Program-made: the position numbers and the translations under genes
Shown: one piece after another, positions 19,047 to 27,408 of the stretch
Position numbering within the stretch: the stretch's first letter is position 1
Layout of the letters: each line of letters begins with the position of its first letter
Assembly (NCBI RefSeq): GCF_051175385.1
Contig: NZ_CP195106.1
Span: 1,658,562 to 1,690,561, forward strand
DNA length: 32,000 bases
DNA from: Tundrisphaera lichenicola
GTDB lineage: Bacteria > Planctomycetota > Planctomycetia > Isosphaerales > Isosphaeraceae
Reading direction: 5' to 3'
The notes under the pieces: model-generated
Database searches by the model: none
What the model was told of the DNA's origin: nothing
The model's input: the letters and a program-made list of their open reading frames with translations, nothing else

Positions 19047-20375
19047 TTAGACTTCTTGACCGAGCTTCGCATTCTGCCGATAGGATTCGCTGGTCATGTA
19101 AGTGGGCTCCGGGATCTTTTGCATCGCCAGATCCCTGAGCGAGCCCAGGCGGGCGAGGTCCGGCCAGACCAATCGGACCAGGATGACGATCAGGATTGTG
19201 CCAATGCCGCCACCAACGACCGATCTGATCGGGCCGAAGAAGTGGGCCGTCATCCCCGACTCGAACCCACCCAGCTCATTCGAACAACCGATGAAGATCG
19301 AGTTGACCGCTGCGACCCGGCCTCGCATCGATTCGGGAGTCAGACTCTGAACCAGCGTCGAACGGACTACCACGCTGATGTTGTCGAGGGCTCCGGTCAT
19401 CATGAGCAGGAGAAACGACAAATACGGATTCCTCGAAATCCCGAAGGCGATGGTTGCCGCCCCGAATCCGGCCACAGCCCAGAGCAGGGCCGGCCCGGCT
19501 CGAGGGAGCGGCGGCCGATGAGCTAGGGTCAGGGCCATCATCGCCGCGCCGATCGACGGCGCCGCCCGGAGCCAGCCTAGTCCGACCGGGCCAACTTGGA
19601 GTATATCCTTGGCGAAGATCGGAAGGAGGGCGACGGCCCCCCCCAGGAGGACGGCGAAAAGGTCGAGCGTGATCGTCGCCAGGATCAGCTTGGACTGTCG
19701 GACAAACCGGAGGCCGCCCAGCATCGAGCCGAATGAGGCGGGGCCTTCCAGCCGCTCGATCTGCCTGGGGCGAATCGTCGTGATCAACGCCAGGACCCCG
19801 ATCGAGAGGGCGAGATCGAAGAGATAGACCTCGGTGGCACCTCCAGACTGGGCGATGAACAGGCCCGCCAGCGAAGGTCCCACCACCGAGGCCACTTGCC
19901 AGCCGCTGCTGTTCCACGTCACCGCGCCACCGACCAGGTGATCGGGCACGAGCTGGCGGAGTATCGACCAGCGGGCGGGCATGCTGACTGCATGGGCGAT
20001 CCCGGCCACGACCAACGCGGCATAGATCAAGGGGACCGGCCCTCGCCAGTACGAGAGGGCGGCCAGGACCATCGAGGCGATCGCCATCAACCCCTGCGAG
20101 AGGAGAATCATCCCCTTCCGGCTATGGCGGTCGGCGGCGTGCCCGGCCGGGAGCGCCAGTAGGATGACCGGAAGGACCATCGCCAGGCCCACCAGTCCCA
20201 GGGCCGTGGCCGATCTCGTCCGCTCATAAAGCTCCCAACCGACGGCCACAACCTGCATCTCGGCCCCGGCCGAGGCGAAGATTCCGGCGATCAAAAAGCG
20301 GCGGTAGTCGACCAGCCGGAGAGCTGCATAAGGATCATGAGCGGTCTTCGGGGTGGGGTCTTCGGGGGCGTCCAT
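19047..20375 (-). CDS. MFS transporter
   Basis: 442-aa ORF from ATG 20375 with about 12 predicted TM segments and an MFS-like loop 2-3 region. No substrate can be inferred. Confidence 0.85.
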   Translation of the reverse strand: MDAPEDPTPKTAHDPYAALRLVDYRRFLIAGIFASAGAEMQVVAVGWELYERTRSATALGLVGLAMVLPVILLALPAGHAADRHSRKGMILLSQGLMAIASMVLAALSYWRGPVPLIYAALVVAGIAHAVSMPARWSILRQLVPDHLVGGAVTWNSSGWQVASVVGPSLAGLFIAQSGGATEVYLFDLALSIGVLALITTIRPRQIERLEGPASFGSMLGGLRFVRQSKLILATITLDLFAVLLGGAVALLPIFAKDILQVGPVGLGWLRAAPSIGAAMMALTLAHRPPLPRAGPALLWAVAGFGAATIAFGISRNPYLSFLLLMMTGALDNISVVVRSTLVQSLTPESMRGRVAAVNSIFIGCSNELGGFESGMTAHFFGPIRSVVGGGIGTILIVILVRLVWPDLARLGSLRDLAMQKIPEPTYMTSESYRQNAKLGQEV

Positions 20376-20524
20376 GAAGGCTCGTCAGGGCAGGCTTGGA
20401 ATTATCGGTGGATGTTGTTCTCCAATCATAGGGAAGGGTCAACCGCGATGAGCTCTTTGGGGAGCGGGATCACGGCCCGGTCGAAGCGTGCCCCGCCGAC
20501 TCATCATTCGATCCGAGCCGGAGA

Positions 20525-20552
20525 TTGGCTCCTCTCTCATAGGAAGAGCCAA
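20525..20552 (-). terminator. Stem-loop 10 nt after the stop of the Tat-signal protein gene (end of the selD cluster)
   Basis: Minus-strand RNA UUGGCUCUUC-CUAUGAGA-GAGGAGCCAA forms a 10-bp stem (one G-U pair) with an 8-nt loop. No U tract follows. Confidence 0.45.
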
Positions 20553-20562
20553 ATGCGTGAGA

Positions 20563-21879
20563 TCAAGTCACGGGCGTCTTGATGTAACCGGAGTCGGCCG
20601 GGGCTTGATAGTCCAGAGTGGCCAGTTCGGGAGTTTCAATTCGCTTGCCGCCCTGGACCCGGCTTTCGAGGAGGGCGTCGAGAGCTCCTCCGGTCAGGAC
20701 AGTCCGGGTCACGGGGTAGGGGGGGCTACTGGTCCGGAAGAAGTCTTCGATCCGGAGGACGAGCGGGTCGAAGAAGCGGGCACCGGGAGGAGCGGGTAGA
20801 TACAGGAGCGTTGAAACGACCGGGTCTTCCGCCCGGTCGATCCGTGCGGCGACCGAGGTGTCGTCGACCTGACCGTTGAGGATCAGGACGGTCCCTCGGA
20901 ATCCATCAGCGTATTCGACGAGGAATGCGATGGGAGTGCTGAGGAATGATGGCCGGTTTGGTGGCGGGACGAAATCGCGAGTGTTGTCCTGGGGAGCACC
21001 CGGGTTGCAGGTGTGGCTTTTCGAGAGCGCGGCCTTCATCAAATCTTCCGACCAGAGACCTCGCTTCGAGGCGTCCCAGACGGCGTCCCCTTCGAGACAG
21101 GTGACGGCGACAATCCCCTGTGGTTTCCCCTCCCGATTGCGCCGCTCGACCATGCACTGGAGCGATTCGAGGGCATGGAAGCCGAAGATCTCGATCTCTC
21201 CTCGAGAGACGACCAGGGCTTCTTTCCAGTCCAGGCCCAGCGGAACTTCCAGATTCGGCAGTCGCCAGGTGACCGGAAGACTGGATCCGGCCATCAGGGG
21301 AATTCGGAGCTTGCCTGCTGTCTCGATCATCCGTCGGGCCTCGGCCCGGTCGTAGGAGAGATGCTTGTCGATGAAGACGGGGACGCTTCTACCCGAACTT
21401 CCGAAAACGTCCGCGACTTCCTTGAAGAATCGGGCGCGTGGGTAGAGCTTCTGGAGTTTCTCATTGAAGGGATATTCGCCGTGTTCGGCGATCAAGAGGA
21501 CCCCGTCGACGGCCAGTTTGCCGGTCCCCAGAGTCAGGGCGTCGGCGATCGTCGGGCTGTTCCTCACCTCATGCTTGGCGGCCTTGGCCCGGCCCAGGTC
21601 ATTGGAAGGAGTTTGCTCGATGAAGAGACTGGCGATCTCGAAGTCGGGGTGGTGCAAGCCTTTGCCGTCGTGAGCGTCGAACCCGTCCAGGAACCGACCG
21701 ACGATGTGGTAGGCGTGTGAGAGGTAATGGTAGGCGGTCGTAACGGCGGCTATCCTGGGCTTGGGACCGAACGGTGGATCGACCTGAGCCCTCGACACTT
21801 CTGGCCTGTTGGCGATCAGGCTGCTGGCTGCCAGGGCTCCGGCTGTCCCCAGGAAATCTCTCCTCGAAGGTCCGGTCAT
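20563..21879 (-). CDS. Tat-signal protein of unknown function (438 aa)
   Basis: ATG 21879 has AGAGGA 6 nt upstream; TTG 21885 is an alternative start. The N-terminus MTGPSRRDFLGTAGALAASSL has a twin-arginine motif. The N-terminal segment RIAAVTTAYHYLSHAYHI loosely resembles a degenerate Rossmann start, but no GxGxxG or metal or cofactor Cys/His cluster is recognisable. Confidence 0.85.
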   Translation of the reverse strand: MTGPSRRDFLGTAGALAASSLIANRPEVSRAQVDPPFGPKPRIAAVTTAYHYLSHAYHIVGRFLDGFDAHDGKGLHHPDFEIASLFIEQTPSNDLGRAKAAKHEVRNSPTIADALTLGTGKLAVDGVLLIAEHGEYPFNEKLQKLYPRARFFKEVADVFGSSGRSVPVFIDKHLSYDRAEARRMIETAGKLRIPLMAGSSLPVTWRLPNLEVPLGLDWKEALVVSRGEIEIFGFHALESLQCMVERRNREGKPQGIVAVTCLEGDAVWDASKRGLWSEDLMKAALSKSHTCNPGAPQDNTRDFVPPPNRPSFLSTPIAFLVEYADGFRGTVLILNGQVDDTSVAARIDRAEDPVVSTLLYLPAPPGARFFDPLVLRIEDFFRTSSPPYPVTRTVLTGGALDALLESRVQGGKRIETPELATLDYQAPADSGYIKTPVT

Positions 21880-21902
21880 GAGCAATCCTCTCCGTTGGGC
21901 AA

Positions 21903-22961
21903 TCAGCGGGCAATCAGCGCGATCGTCCCCTGACGTTCGAGTATCCGACCGACGACAGCCGAGGCACTCGCCCCCCGAGCCTGGAGTTCTGCGATCAGTC
22001 GCGCGACGTGGTCGGGGTGTATTGCGATCAGAAGCCCGCCGGACGTCTGTGCATCGAACAGATATTCGACCCGCAGCGCATCGGCACTCGGCTCGATCAG
22101 GAGTCGTTCGCCGACGAATTCGCGGTTCGACTTGGTGGCACGCGTGAAGAACCCGGCAGCGGCCAGCGCCTCGGTGCCTTCGATCAGGGGGAGTTGATCG
22201 AGATTCAGCTCGATCGTCCTCACCGATCCATCGGCCATTTCCAGGGCGTGACCTGCCAGCCCGAAGCCGGTGATGTCGGTGACGGCCGACACGCCCCCGG
22301 CTTGGCGCATCGCGTCGCGACCGATCGCGTTGAGCTGGATCATCGAGGCGATCGCTCGATCGAGGACATTCGGCGGGCAGGTGGCTTTCTTGTTAGCGGT
22401 GGTGGCGAACCCGGTCCCCAAGGGCTTGGTGAGGACCAGCGAATCCCCGGGTCGAGCCGAGGCGTTGGTCATGATCGAGGCCGGGTCGATCAGTCCGGTC
22501 ACGCTCAAGCCGTACTTGATCTCGGCGTCACGGACCGAGTGCCCGCCCATCGTCACCGCCCCGGCCAGGGCCACCTGAGAGGCTCCCCCGCGGAGGATCT
22601 CGCCGAGGATCGAGAGCGGAAGTTCGTTGTCGGGGAACCCCACGATGTTCAGGGCGGTGATCGGCCGGGCGTTCATGGCATAGAGGTCGGAGAGTGCGTT
22701 CGCGGCGGCAATCTGGCCGAATAGATACGGATCGTCCACCAGCGGCGGGAAGAAGTCGAGCGTCTGTACCATCGCCAGGCCATCGGCCACGAGGTAGACG
22801 CCCGCATCATCCGACGTCTCCGTCCCGACCAGGAGTCGGGGATCGGAGGCACGAGGCGGCAAATCACGCAAGACCTGCGCGAGCCCTCCCGGGGCGAGCT
22901 TGCCGGCTCACCCCGCGCAGTTGGCATAGTCGGTCAGGCGTTTCATCCGGCCGGTCGACAC
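21903..22961 (-). CDS. selD: Selenide, water dikinase (selenophosphate synthetase) SelD, selenocysteine-containing (TGA 22908..22910 recoded)
   Basis: The body ORF 21903..22871 carries the motifs LVGTETSDDAGVY, TLDFFPPLVDDPYLFGQIAAANALSDLYAM and LTKPLGTG. The in-frame upstream sequence reads (V)STGRMKRLTDYANCAG-U-AGKLAPGGLAQVL. The TGA sits at the position of the catalytic Cys17 in E. coli SelD (GAGCGCK). GTG 22961 has AAGAGG 6 nt upstream; ATG 22946 is an alternative start. Confidence 0.9.
22865..22881 (-). promoter_or_regulatory. Candidate SECIS hairpin of selD
   Basis: mRNA CGCGCA-GGUCU-UGCGUG forms a 6-bp stem (one G-U pair) with the same GGUCU apical loop as the fdh SECIS. The loop starts 36 nt from the U of UGA. 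A nearer hairpin GCCC-CGGGA-GGGC is an alternative. Confidence 0.6.
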
Positions 22962-22987
22962 GAGGGACCTCTTCTTGGCAGTCGGCT

Positions 22988-23227
22988 TCAGACACCCAGG
23001 ATCTCGCCGACCGCTCGGATCATCTCGGCCTCTTCCGGGAACATCCCGGATTTCAGTTTGGAGTAGACTAGTTTTCCGCCGACCGTCAACTCGAAGCAAC
23101 CCCCCTTCGATGGGATCAGCTCATATCGACGTATCGCTCGCTTGAACTTCGGGAGCAGCTTGGCCGTCAAACTGACGGCCTGTGGTTCGTAGTTTCAGAG
23201 GGCGCAGTATTCCAGGGTCAGATCCAT
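22988..23227 (-). CDS. Rdx-family (SelW/SelT-like) thioredoxin-fold selenoprotein, CxxU motif (TGA 23195..23197 recoded)
   Basis: ATG 23227 has AGGAG 8 nt upstream. The conceptual product is MDLTLEYCAL-U-NYEPQAVSLTAKLLPKFKRAIRRYELIPSKGGCFELTVGGKLVYSKLKSGMFPEEAEMIRAVGEILGV. This matches the Rdx pattern: EYCxxU, xYxxxAxxL, IPSxGGxFE and SKxxxGxFPE. The ORF track shows only the C-terminal 60 aa (22988..23170, false TTG start). The N-terminal 10 codons appear there as the tail of the spurious ORF 23195..23965. Confidence 0.85.
23162..23180 (-). promoter_or_regulatory. Candidate SECIS hairpin of the Rdx gene
   Basis: mRNA GGCCGUC-AGUUU-GACGGCC forms a perfect 7-bp stem beginning 17 nt after the U of UGA. 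The loop contains GU at positions 26-27. Confidence 0.65.
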
Positions 23228-23301
23228 CGGAGATTGGCTCCTGAAATTACAGGGAAGATCGAGTTCGAGGACTACAATGGTGATCGAAGGCCCAGGAAGG
23301 G

Positions 23302-24432
23302 TCAAGGCCCGCTGTGGACGTCGATGATGTCGATATCGGCCCTGGGAAGGGGAGGCGGTTGCCAGTCGCGACTCATCAGGTCGGCCCATCGGTAAAGCTC
23401 GGGCACGTTCTGGCAGACCAGCTTCAAACAAGCCGTCATCGGCATGGCCAGGATCAGCCCGACGAGTCCCCAGAGGAAACCCCAGAACAGGCAGGCGACC
23501 AGGATGATCGTACCGTTCAGATCGAGTGATTTCCCGAGGACATATGGGGTCACGATATATCCCTCGATCGTGACCAGTCCCAGGTAGACCGAGGCAACGA
23601 TCAAGGTGTCGCCTACCGACTCGAACTGGGCGAGCGTCACCAGTGAGGCCAAACCTCCTCCCAGGAGCTGCCCCACATAGGGGACGAAGTTGGTCAGTCC
23701 CGCGAATAGCCCGAGTGCGATCGGGAATCGGACCTTGAAGATCCAGAGGAAGCAGGCGAAGACGACACCCAGTCCCAGGTTGATTAGCGTCCGGGCCAGC
23801 AAGAATGAACGGATCTGTCGGGTCAGATCCTTGAGCGTTCTCTCGGAGGCTGCGGCGTCCCCCGGCGTCCTGGCGAAGAAGCGGACCACCTTGGGCGTTA
23901 ACATCTCGCTCTCGGCCAGGAGGAACAATACGAGTATCAGGACGATCAGCCCCTGAGCCACCCACCCCGAGAGATCGGCCAGGCCATAAGTCAATGTTTC
24001 GTAGAGTAATGCGCTGTTTCGGTCGCCGAGTTTGTCGATCGTACCTGGTTCGGGAAGGATGAATCGCAGATACGGCCGGTCGCGAAGGATCTCGGAGACA
24101 TATCGGCTCGCCTGGCCCGCGATCCGGGCGATGTCGCCCGGTAAGCTGGCCGTGGCCTGCACCAAACCTTCAGCGGTGAGAGTGGCGAGATAAAGGCCGA
24201 GGAGCAAAGCTAGGAGGAAGAGTACCGCCGCCGACCCGGTCGGGCTCAAGCGGAGGATTCGCCGGAGAAAGGTGGTGGCGGGCGAGAGTAATGAGGCCAG
24301 GAAGACAGCCAGGGTGATCGGAATCAAAATCGCCTTCATCAGATAGAGAGCGGCGATCGTGGCGAAGACGGCCAGGGTCACGAGAGAGGCGGTGCGATAA
24401 GACTTGCCGCTATCCTCCATCCGAACCACCAT
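23302..24432 (-). CDS. AI-2E family transporter (PerM/YhhT-like, UPF0118)
   Basis: 376-aa ORF from ATG 24432. It has multiple TM helices and the C-terminal half pattern LNFVPYVGQLLGG...G...LILAMP typical of the AI-2E family. Confidence 0.85.
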   Translation of the reverse strand: MVVRMEDSGKSYRTASLVTLAVFATIAALYLMKAILIPITLAVFLASLLSPATTFLRRILRLSPTGSAAVLFLLALLLGLYLATLTAEGLVQATASLPGDIARIAGQASRYVSEILRDRPYLRFILPEPGTIDKLGDRNSALLYETLTYGLADLSGWVAQGLIVLILVLFLLAESEMLTPKVVRFFARTPGDAAASERTLKDLTRQIRSFLLARTLINLGLGVVFACFLWIFKVRFPIALGLFAGLTNFVPYVGQLLGGGLASLVTLAQFESVGDTLIVASVYLGLVTIEGYIVTPYVLGKSLDLNGTIILVACLFWGFLWGLVGLILAMPMTACLKLVCQNVPELYRWADLMSRDWQPPPLPRADIDIIDVHSGP

Positions 24433-24623
24433 GCGGTCGCCCCCTCGCTCCTAAATCATCGATGATCGCAGTCGAGGAGGATCATCGCAAGGGCCGCGTT
24501 CAGGAGGCTTTGTGTGAATGGGAAAAATGGGAGGTTCGTTTATCATGGAAAATGCGTTGCGAACCTGCCTAGAATTGAGAGGGATGCTCAAGTCGATCGC
24601 CGTTCGAGAGGGGAGAACTTGCC

Positions 24624-25316
24624 ATGATTCTGGCAAATCTCGGTTTGATGTTCTTAATAGGTGTGTCGGCGACGGGCTCGGATCATCATCGAAGAACAGG
24701 GCCGAGGCCGGTCGTGGACGCCCAGACCGTTTCGTCACCCATCGTCCAAGATATCATTTCCTTGCGGAACTCCCCCAAGGAAGATGACCGCGAAGATGCG
24801 GCGGAGGATCTCCGGAAGTTCGACTGGCGACGCCATCCTGAAGTGGTCCAGGCTCTCAGCGACGCTCTATCCCTCGACCCTTCCGACGACGTCCGTGAAG
24901 AGGCCGCCGAATCGTTGGGAAAGATGAGGCCCTTCGTCCCGATCGTTCACGAGTCACTCCTGAGAGCCTCGACGATCGATCCCGATCGTGGGGTCCGCAA
25001 GGAGGCTCGAAAGGCCCTCGGATCATTGGGCCGTCGGTGCATCGTCGATTGCCCGATTTGTGGTCCCTTGCCGACGGGTTCGGTGATACAGGGCCCGACG
25101 ATCATCCCACCCGCCTGGATGCCCTGGCTCGTCCCGGATTCTTCGGACCGCAATAGATCCGAGACAACACCATCCGACGAGCCTCTGCCTCCTGCCTTGC
25201 CGGACCCCTCGACTCTATCCGACGAACCACCACCTCCGCCGACCCCGATTCGGCTGGAAGGTCCGTTTGGCGGGAATCCTCGCCCATCGCGTCTGTCTAC
25301 GGTCCGGGTTCGCTGA
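24624..25316 (+). CDS. HEAT-repeat protein with N-terminal signal-like segment and Pro-rich tail
   Basis: ATG 24624 with hydrophobic N-terminus MILANLGLMFLIGVSA. It has repeated D..VRE.AA.(D/S)LGK units (PBS-lyase HEAT-like), a CIVDCPIC motif and a Pro-rich C-terminus. Confidence 0.7.
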   Translation: MILANLGLMFLIGVSATGSDHHRRTGPRPVVDAQTVSSPIVQDIISLRNSPKEDDREDAAEDLRKFDWRRHPEVVQALSDALSLDPSDDVREEAAESLGKMRPFVPIVHESLLRASTIDPDRGVRKEARKALGSLGRRCIVDCPICGPLPTGSVIQGPTIIPPAWMPWLVPDSSDRNRSETTPSDEPLPPALPDPSTLSDEPPPPPTPIRLEGPFGGNPRPSRLSTVRVR

Positions 25317-25324
25317 GCTCTCGA

Positions 25325-26437
25325 TTATTGCCGGAGCAGGGCCCCCTTCGAGATCGCACTGGGATCTCGGGCAATCTTATCGGCGAAGACGCTCAGAGAA
25401 CGAATGGCGGGCCGGGCCAGGGTGAAGACGTCATTGGCCGCAGCAGCCGCGCGAGCCAGGCTGTCGTATAATTCGGGGCTGGTGACGAGCCTCTGGATGC
25501 TTCCGTGTGGGTTCAGGCGGCCTCGGCCGTCGGAGAGTCCTGCGGTCAAGAGACTTATGTTGGCACTGATCCGGTTGAGCGATGCCATCGACTGGCCAAG
25601 GTCGGTGGTCGGATTCGCACGACCGGCGGGACTTCCGAGATCGTCGAGGACGGGCTGAATCTCGGTCAATCCGGCATCTAGCTTGTTCGAGACCGACGAG
25701 AGCCGCACGGTGATGTCCTTGATCCGGGCTGTGGTCTCGTTATCGAACGTCGCGCCCAGCTTCTCGGAGACCTGCCTGAGGTTGGTGATCGCGGGACGGA
25801 GATCCGCCTCGTTATCGGCGATCATCCGATCGATCCCCTTGGCTGCGGTCGAGATGTTCCGACCCGTCTCGGTGATGGTACCGATGAACTCATCGAGCTT
25901 CTCTGCCTTCTTGGCGACGACGGCGAAACCGGCGGCGGCTTCCTCGATCGCCTGGAGGGTCCCGCCGACTCGCTCGAAGGCAGATGTCGCGGCGGCCAGG
26001 GCCTTCGCGGGATCTGGGGTTGTGTCACCGATCAATTCGGGGGCGGTAGCCGGGGTCTGCCCCATCGCGATGATCTCCTGGCTAGAGCCAGGAAGCATGT
26101 CGATCGCCACATCGCCAATCAAGGACCTTGTGATCCGTGCTACCGAATCCTTCTTGATCTTGTATTTCGGATCCAGAGAGAGGATCACAATCACGCTATC
26201 CGGCATCCCGGGCCGGTCGTCGAGGTCGATCGACACGACCTCACCGATCCTGATCCCGCTCTTGCGGACCGAGATCCCCTCCGCCACGCCTGGGGCCTCG
26301 GTATAGCGGACCTTGACGAAGCCGTGTTCGCGGAAGAGTGAAGGGGATTCGCCGAACCAAACGATCAGCATCGTCAGGACCAATCCGGCCACGATGACGA
26401 ACATGCCGATCCGGAATTGCATGACTCGCTCGTTCAT
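25325..26437 (-). CDS. mlaD: MlaD/MCE-domain protein with long helical C-terminal extension
   Basis: ATG 26437 (MNERVMQFRIGMFVIVAGLVL), then one TM helix and an MCE fold region (VRKSGIRIGEV). About 250 further Ala-rich helical residues follow. It is the last gene of the mlaE-mlaF-mlaD array. Confidence 0.85.
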   Translation of the reverse strand: MNERVMQFRIGMFVIVAGLVLTMLIVWFGESPSLFREHGFVKVRYTEAPGVAEGISVRKSGIRIGEVVSIDLDDRPGMPDSVIVILSLDPKYKIKKDSVARITRSLIGDVAIDMLPGSSQEIIAMGQTPATAPELIGDTTPDPAKALAAATSAFERVGGTLQAIEEAAAGFAVVAKKAEKLDEFIGTITETGRNISTAAKGIDRMIADNEADLRPAITNLRQVSEKLGATFDNETTARIKDITVRLSSVSNKLDAGLTEIQPVLDDLGSPAGRANPTTDLGQSMASLNRISANISLLTAGLSDGRGRLNPHGSIQRLVTSPELYDSLARAAAAANDVFTLARPAIRSLSVFADKIARDPSAISKGALLRQ

Positions 26438-26586
26438 GGCCGACCTCTTCAGGGCAAGGGGGGCACGTGATCTGCCCGCCGGGTCCACACTATTTCGGTT
26501 CGATGTCGAACGGTATTCGGATTGGTCGGGAGTTCAAAACAGTAACTGTCATTGGTTAAACCAGGAAACGGTCCCGAGGGTCGTCC

Positions 26587-27408
26587 TCAACCACGTTCCT
26601 GATTCATCTCCCTGAGGCGTTCTCCTGCCTCCCCGCGGACGAACTGACGGATTCGTTGGTCGGGATGGTCTTCGAGCCCCTCGGGGGGGCCGTCGTAAAT
26701 CATCTGCGGCTCGCCGGGGTCGAGCCTCGCGAGCGGGTAGAGCATCACAACTCGGTCGGCCACCTTGATAACAGTCTTCATCTCATGAGTGACGACGACG
26801 CCGGTGGCCTTTTTCTTGTGCTTGGTCTGGAGGATCAATTCATTGATGACATCAGTCATGATCGGGTCCAGTCCGGTGGTCGGCTCGTCGTAGAGCATCA
26901 CCTCGGGATCGAGCGCCAGGGCCCGGGCGAGACCCACCCTCTTCCGTTGACCGCCGGAGAGCTCCGCAGGCTTCTTGTGCTCCAAGCCGACAGGCAATCC
27001 GACCTCCTGCAGTCGCTCGGCGACGATCCTTTCCAAGGTCATCCGATCGTACAGGTCATGCTCGCGAGGGCCGAACGCGACATTATCGAAGATCGTCAGG
27101 CTGTCGAACAGGGCCGCCATCTGGAAGAGGAAGCCGAATCGGAGGCGCACCTTGACCATCTCGTGCTCGTCGAGCATGGAGAGGTCGCGACCCTCGAATA
27201 AGACCGATCCCTGGCTCGGCGAGAGCAGCCCGATCATCAGCTTGAGCATCACGGTCTTGCCGCACCCGCTCTCGCCGATGATGCAGACCGTCTGGCCTCG
27301 CTCGATCTGGAGGTCGATGTCGCGTAGGACCGTCTGATGACGGAACCTCATCGTGACATTCTCCAGAGATATGATCGGCCCCTCGGCCGCCTCGGAGGGT
27401 CCGTTCAT
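26587..27408 (-). CDS. mlaF: ABC transporter ATP-binding protein, MlaF type
   Basis: Starts at ATG 27408 inside the over-long ORF 26587..28281. It has Walker A GESGCGKT, the signature [14 protein letters not shown] and Walker [12 protein letters not shown]. The start overlaps the mlaE stop (ATGA at 27405..27408). Confidence 0.9.
   Translation of the reverse strand: MNGPSEAAEGPIISLENVTMRFRHQTVLRDIDLQIERGQTVCIIGESGCGKTVMLKLMIGLLSPSQGSVLFEGRDLSMLDEHEMVKVRLRFGFLFQMAALFDSLTIFDNVAFGPREHDLYDRMTLERIVAERLQEVGLPVGLEHKKPAELSGGQRKRVGLARALALDPEVMLYDEPTTGLDPIMTDVINELILQTKHKKKATGVVVTHEMKTVIKVADRVVMLYPLARLDPGEPQMIYDGPPEGLEDHPDQRIRQFVRGEAGERLREMNQERG

Noticed and set aside
20519-20533. Exact 15-mer CGGAGATTGGCTCCT shared with 23228..23242. 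On the minus strand it reads AGGAGCCAATCTCCG, which directly precedes the Rdx ATG at one site and forms the 3' arm of the cluster-end hairpin at the other.
   Set aside because: With about 1e9 position pairs over both strands in 32 kb and 4^15 of about 1.07e9, roughly one exact 15-mer repeat is expected by chance. Compositional bias raises that further. No extended similarity flanks either copy.
23195-23965. 256-aa minus-strand ORF overlapping the AI-2E permease gene.
   Set aside because: It is out of frame with a convincing membrane-protein gene. Only its last 10 codons (MDLTLEYCAL) are real coding sequence, and they are the start of the Rdx selenoprotein before its UGA.
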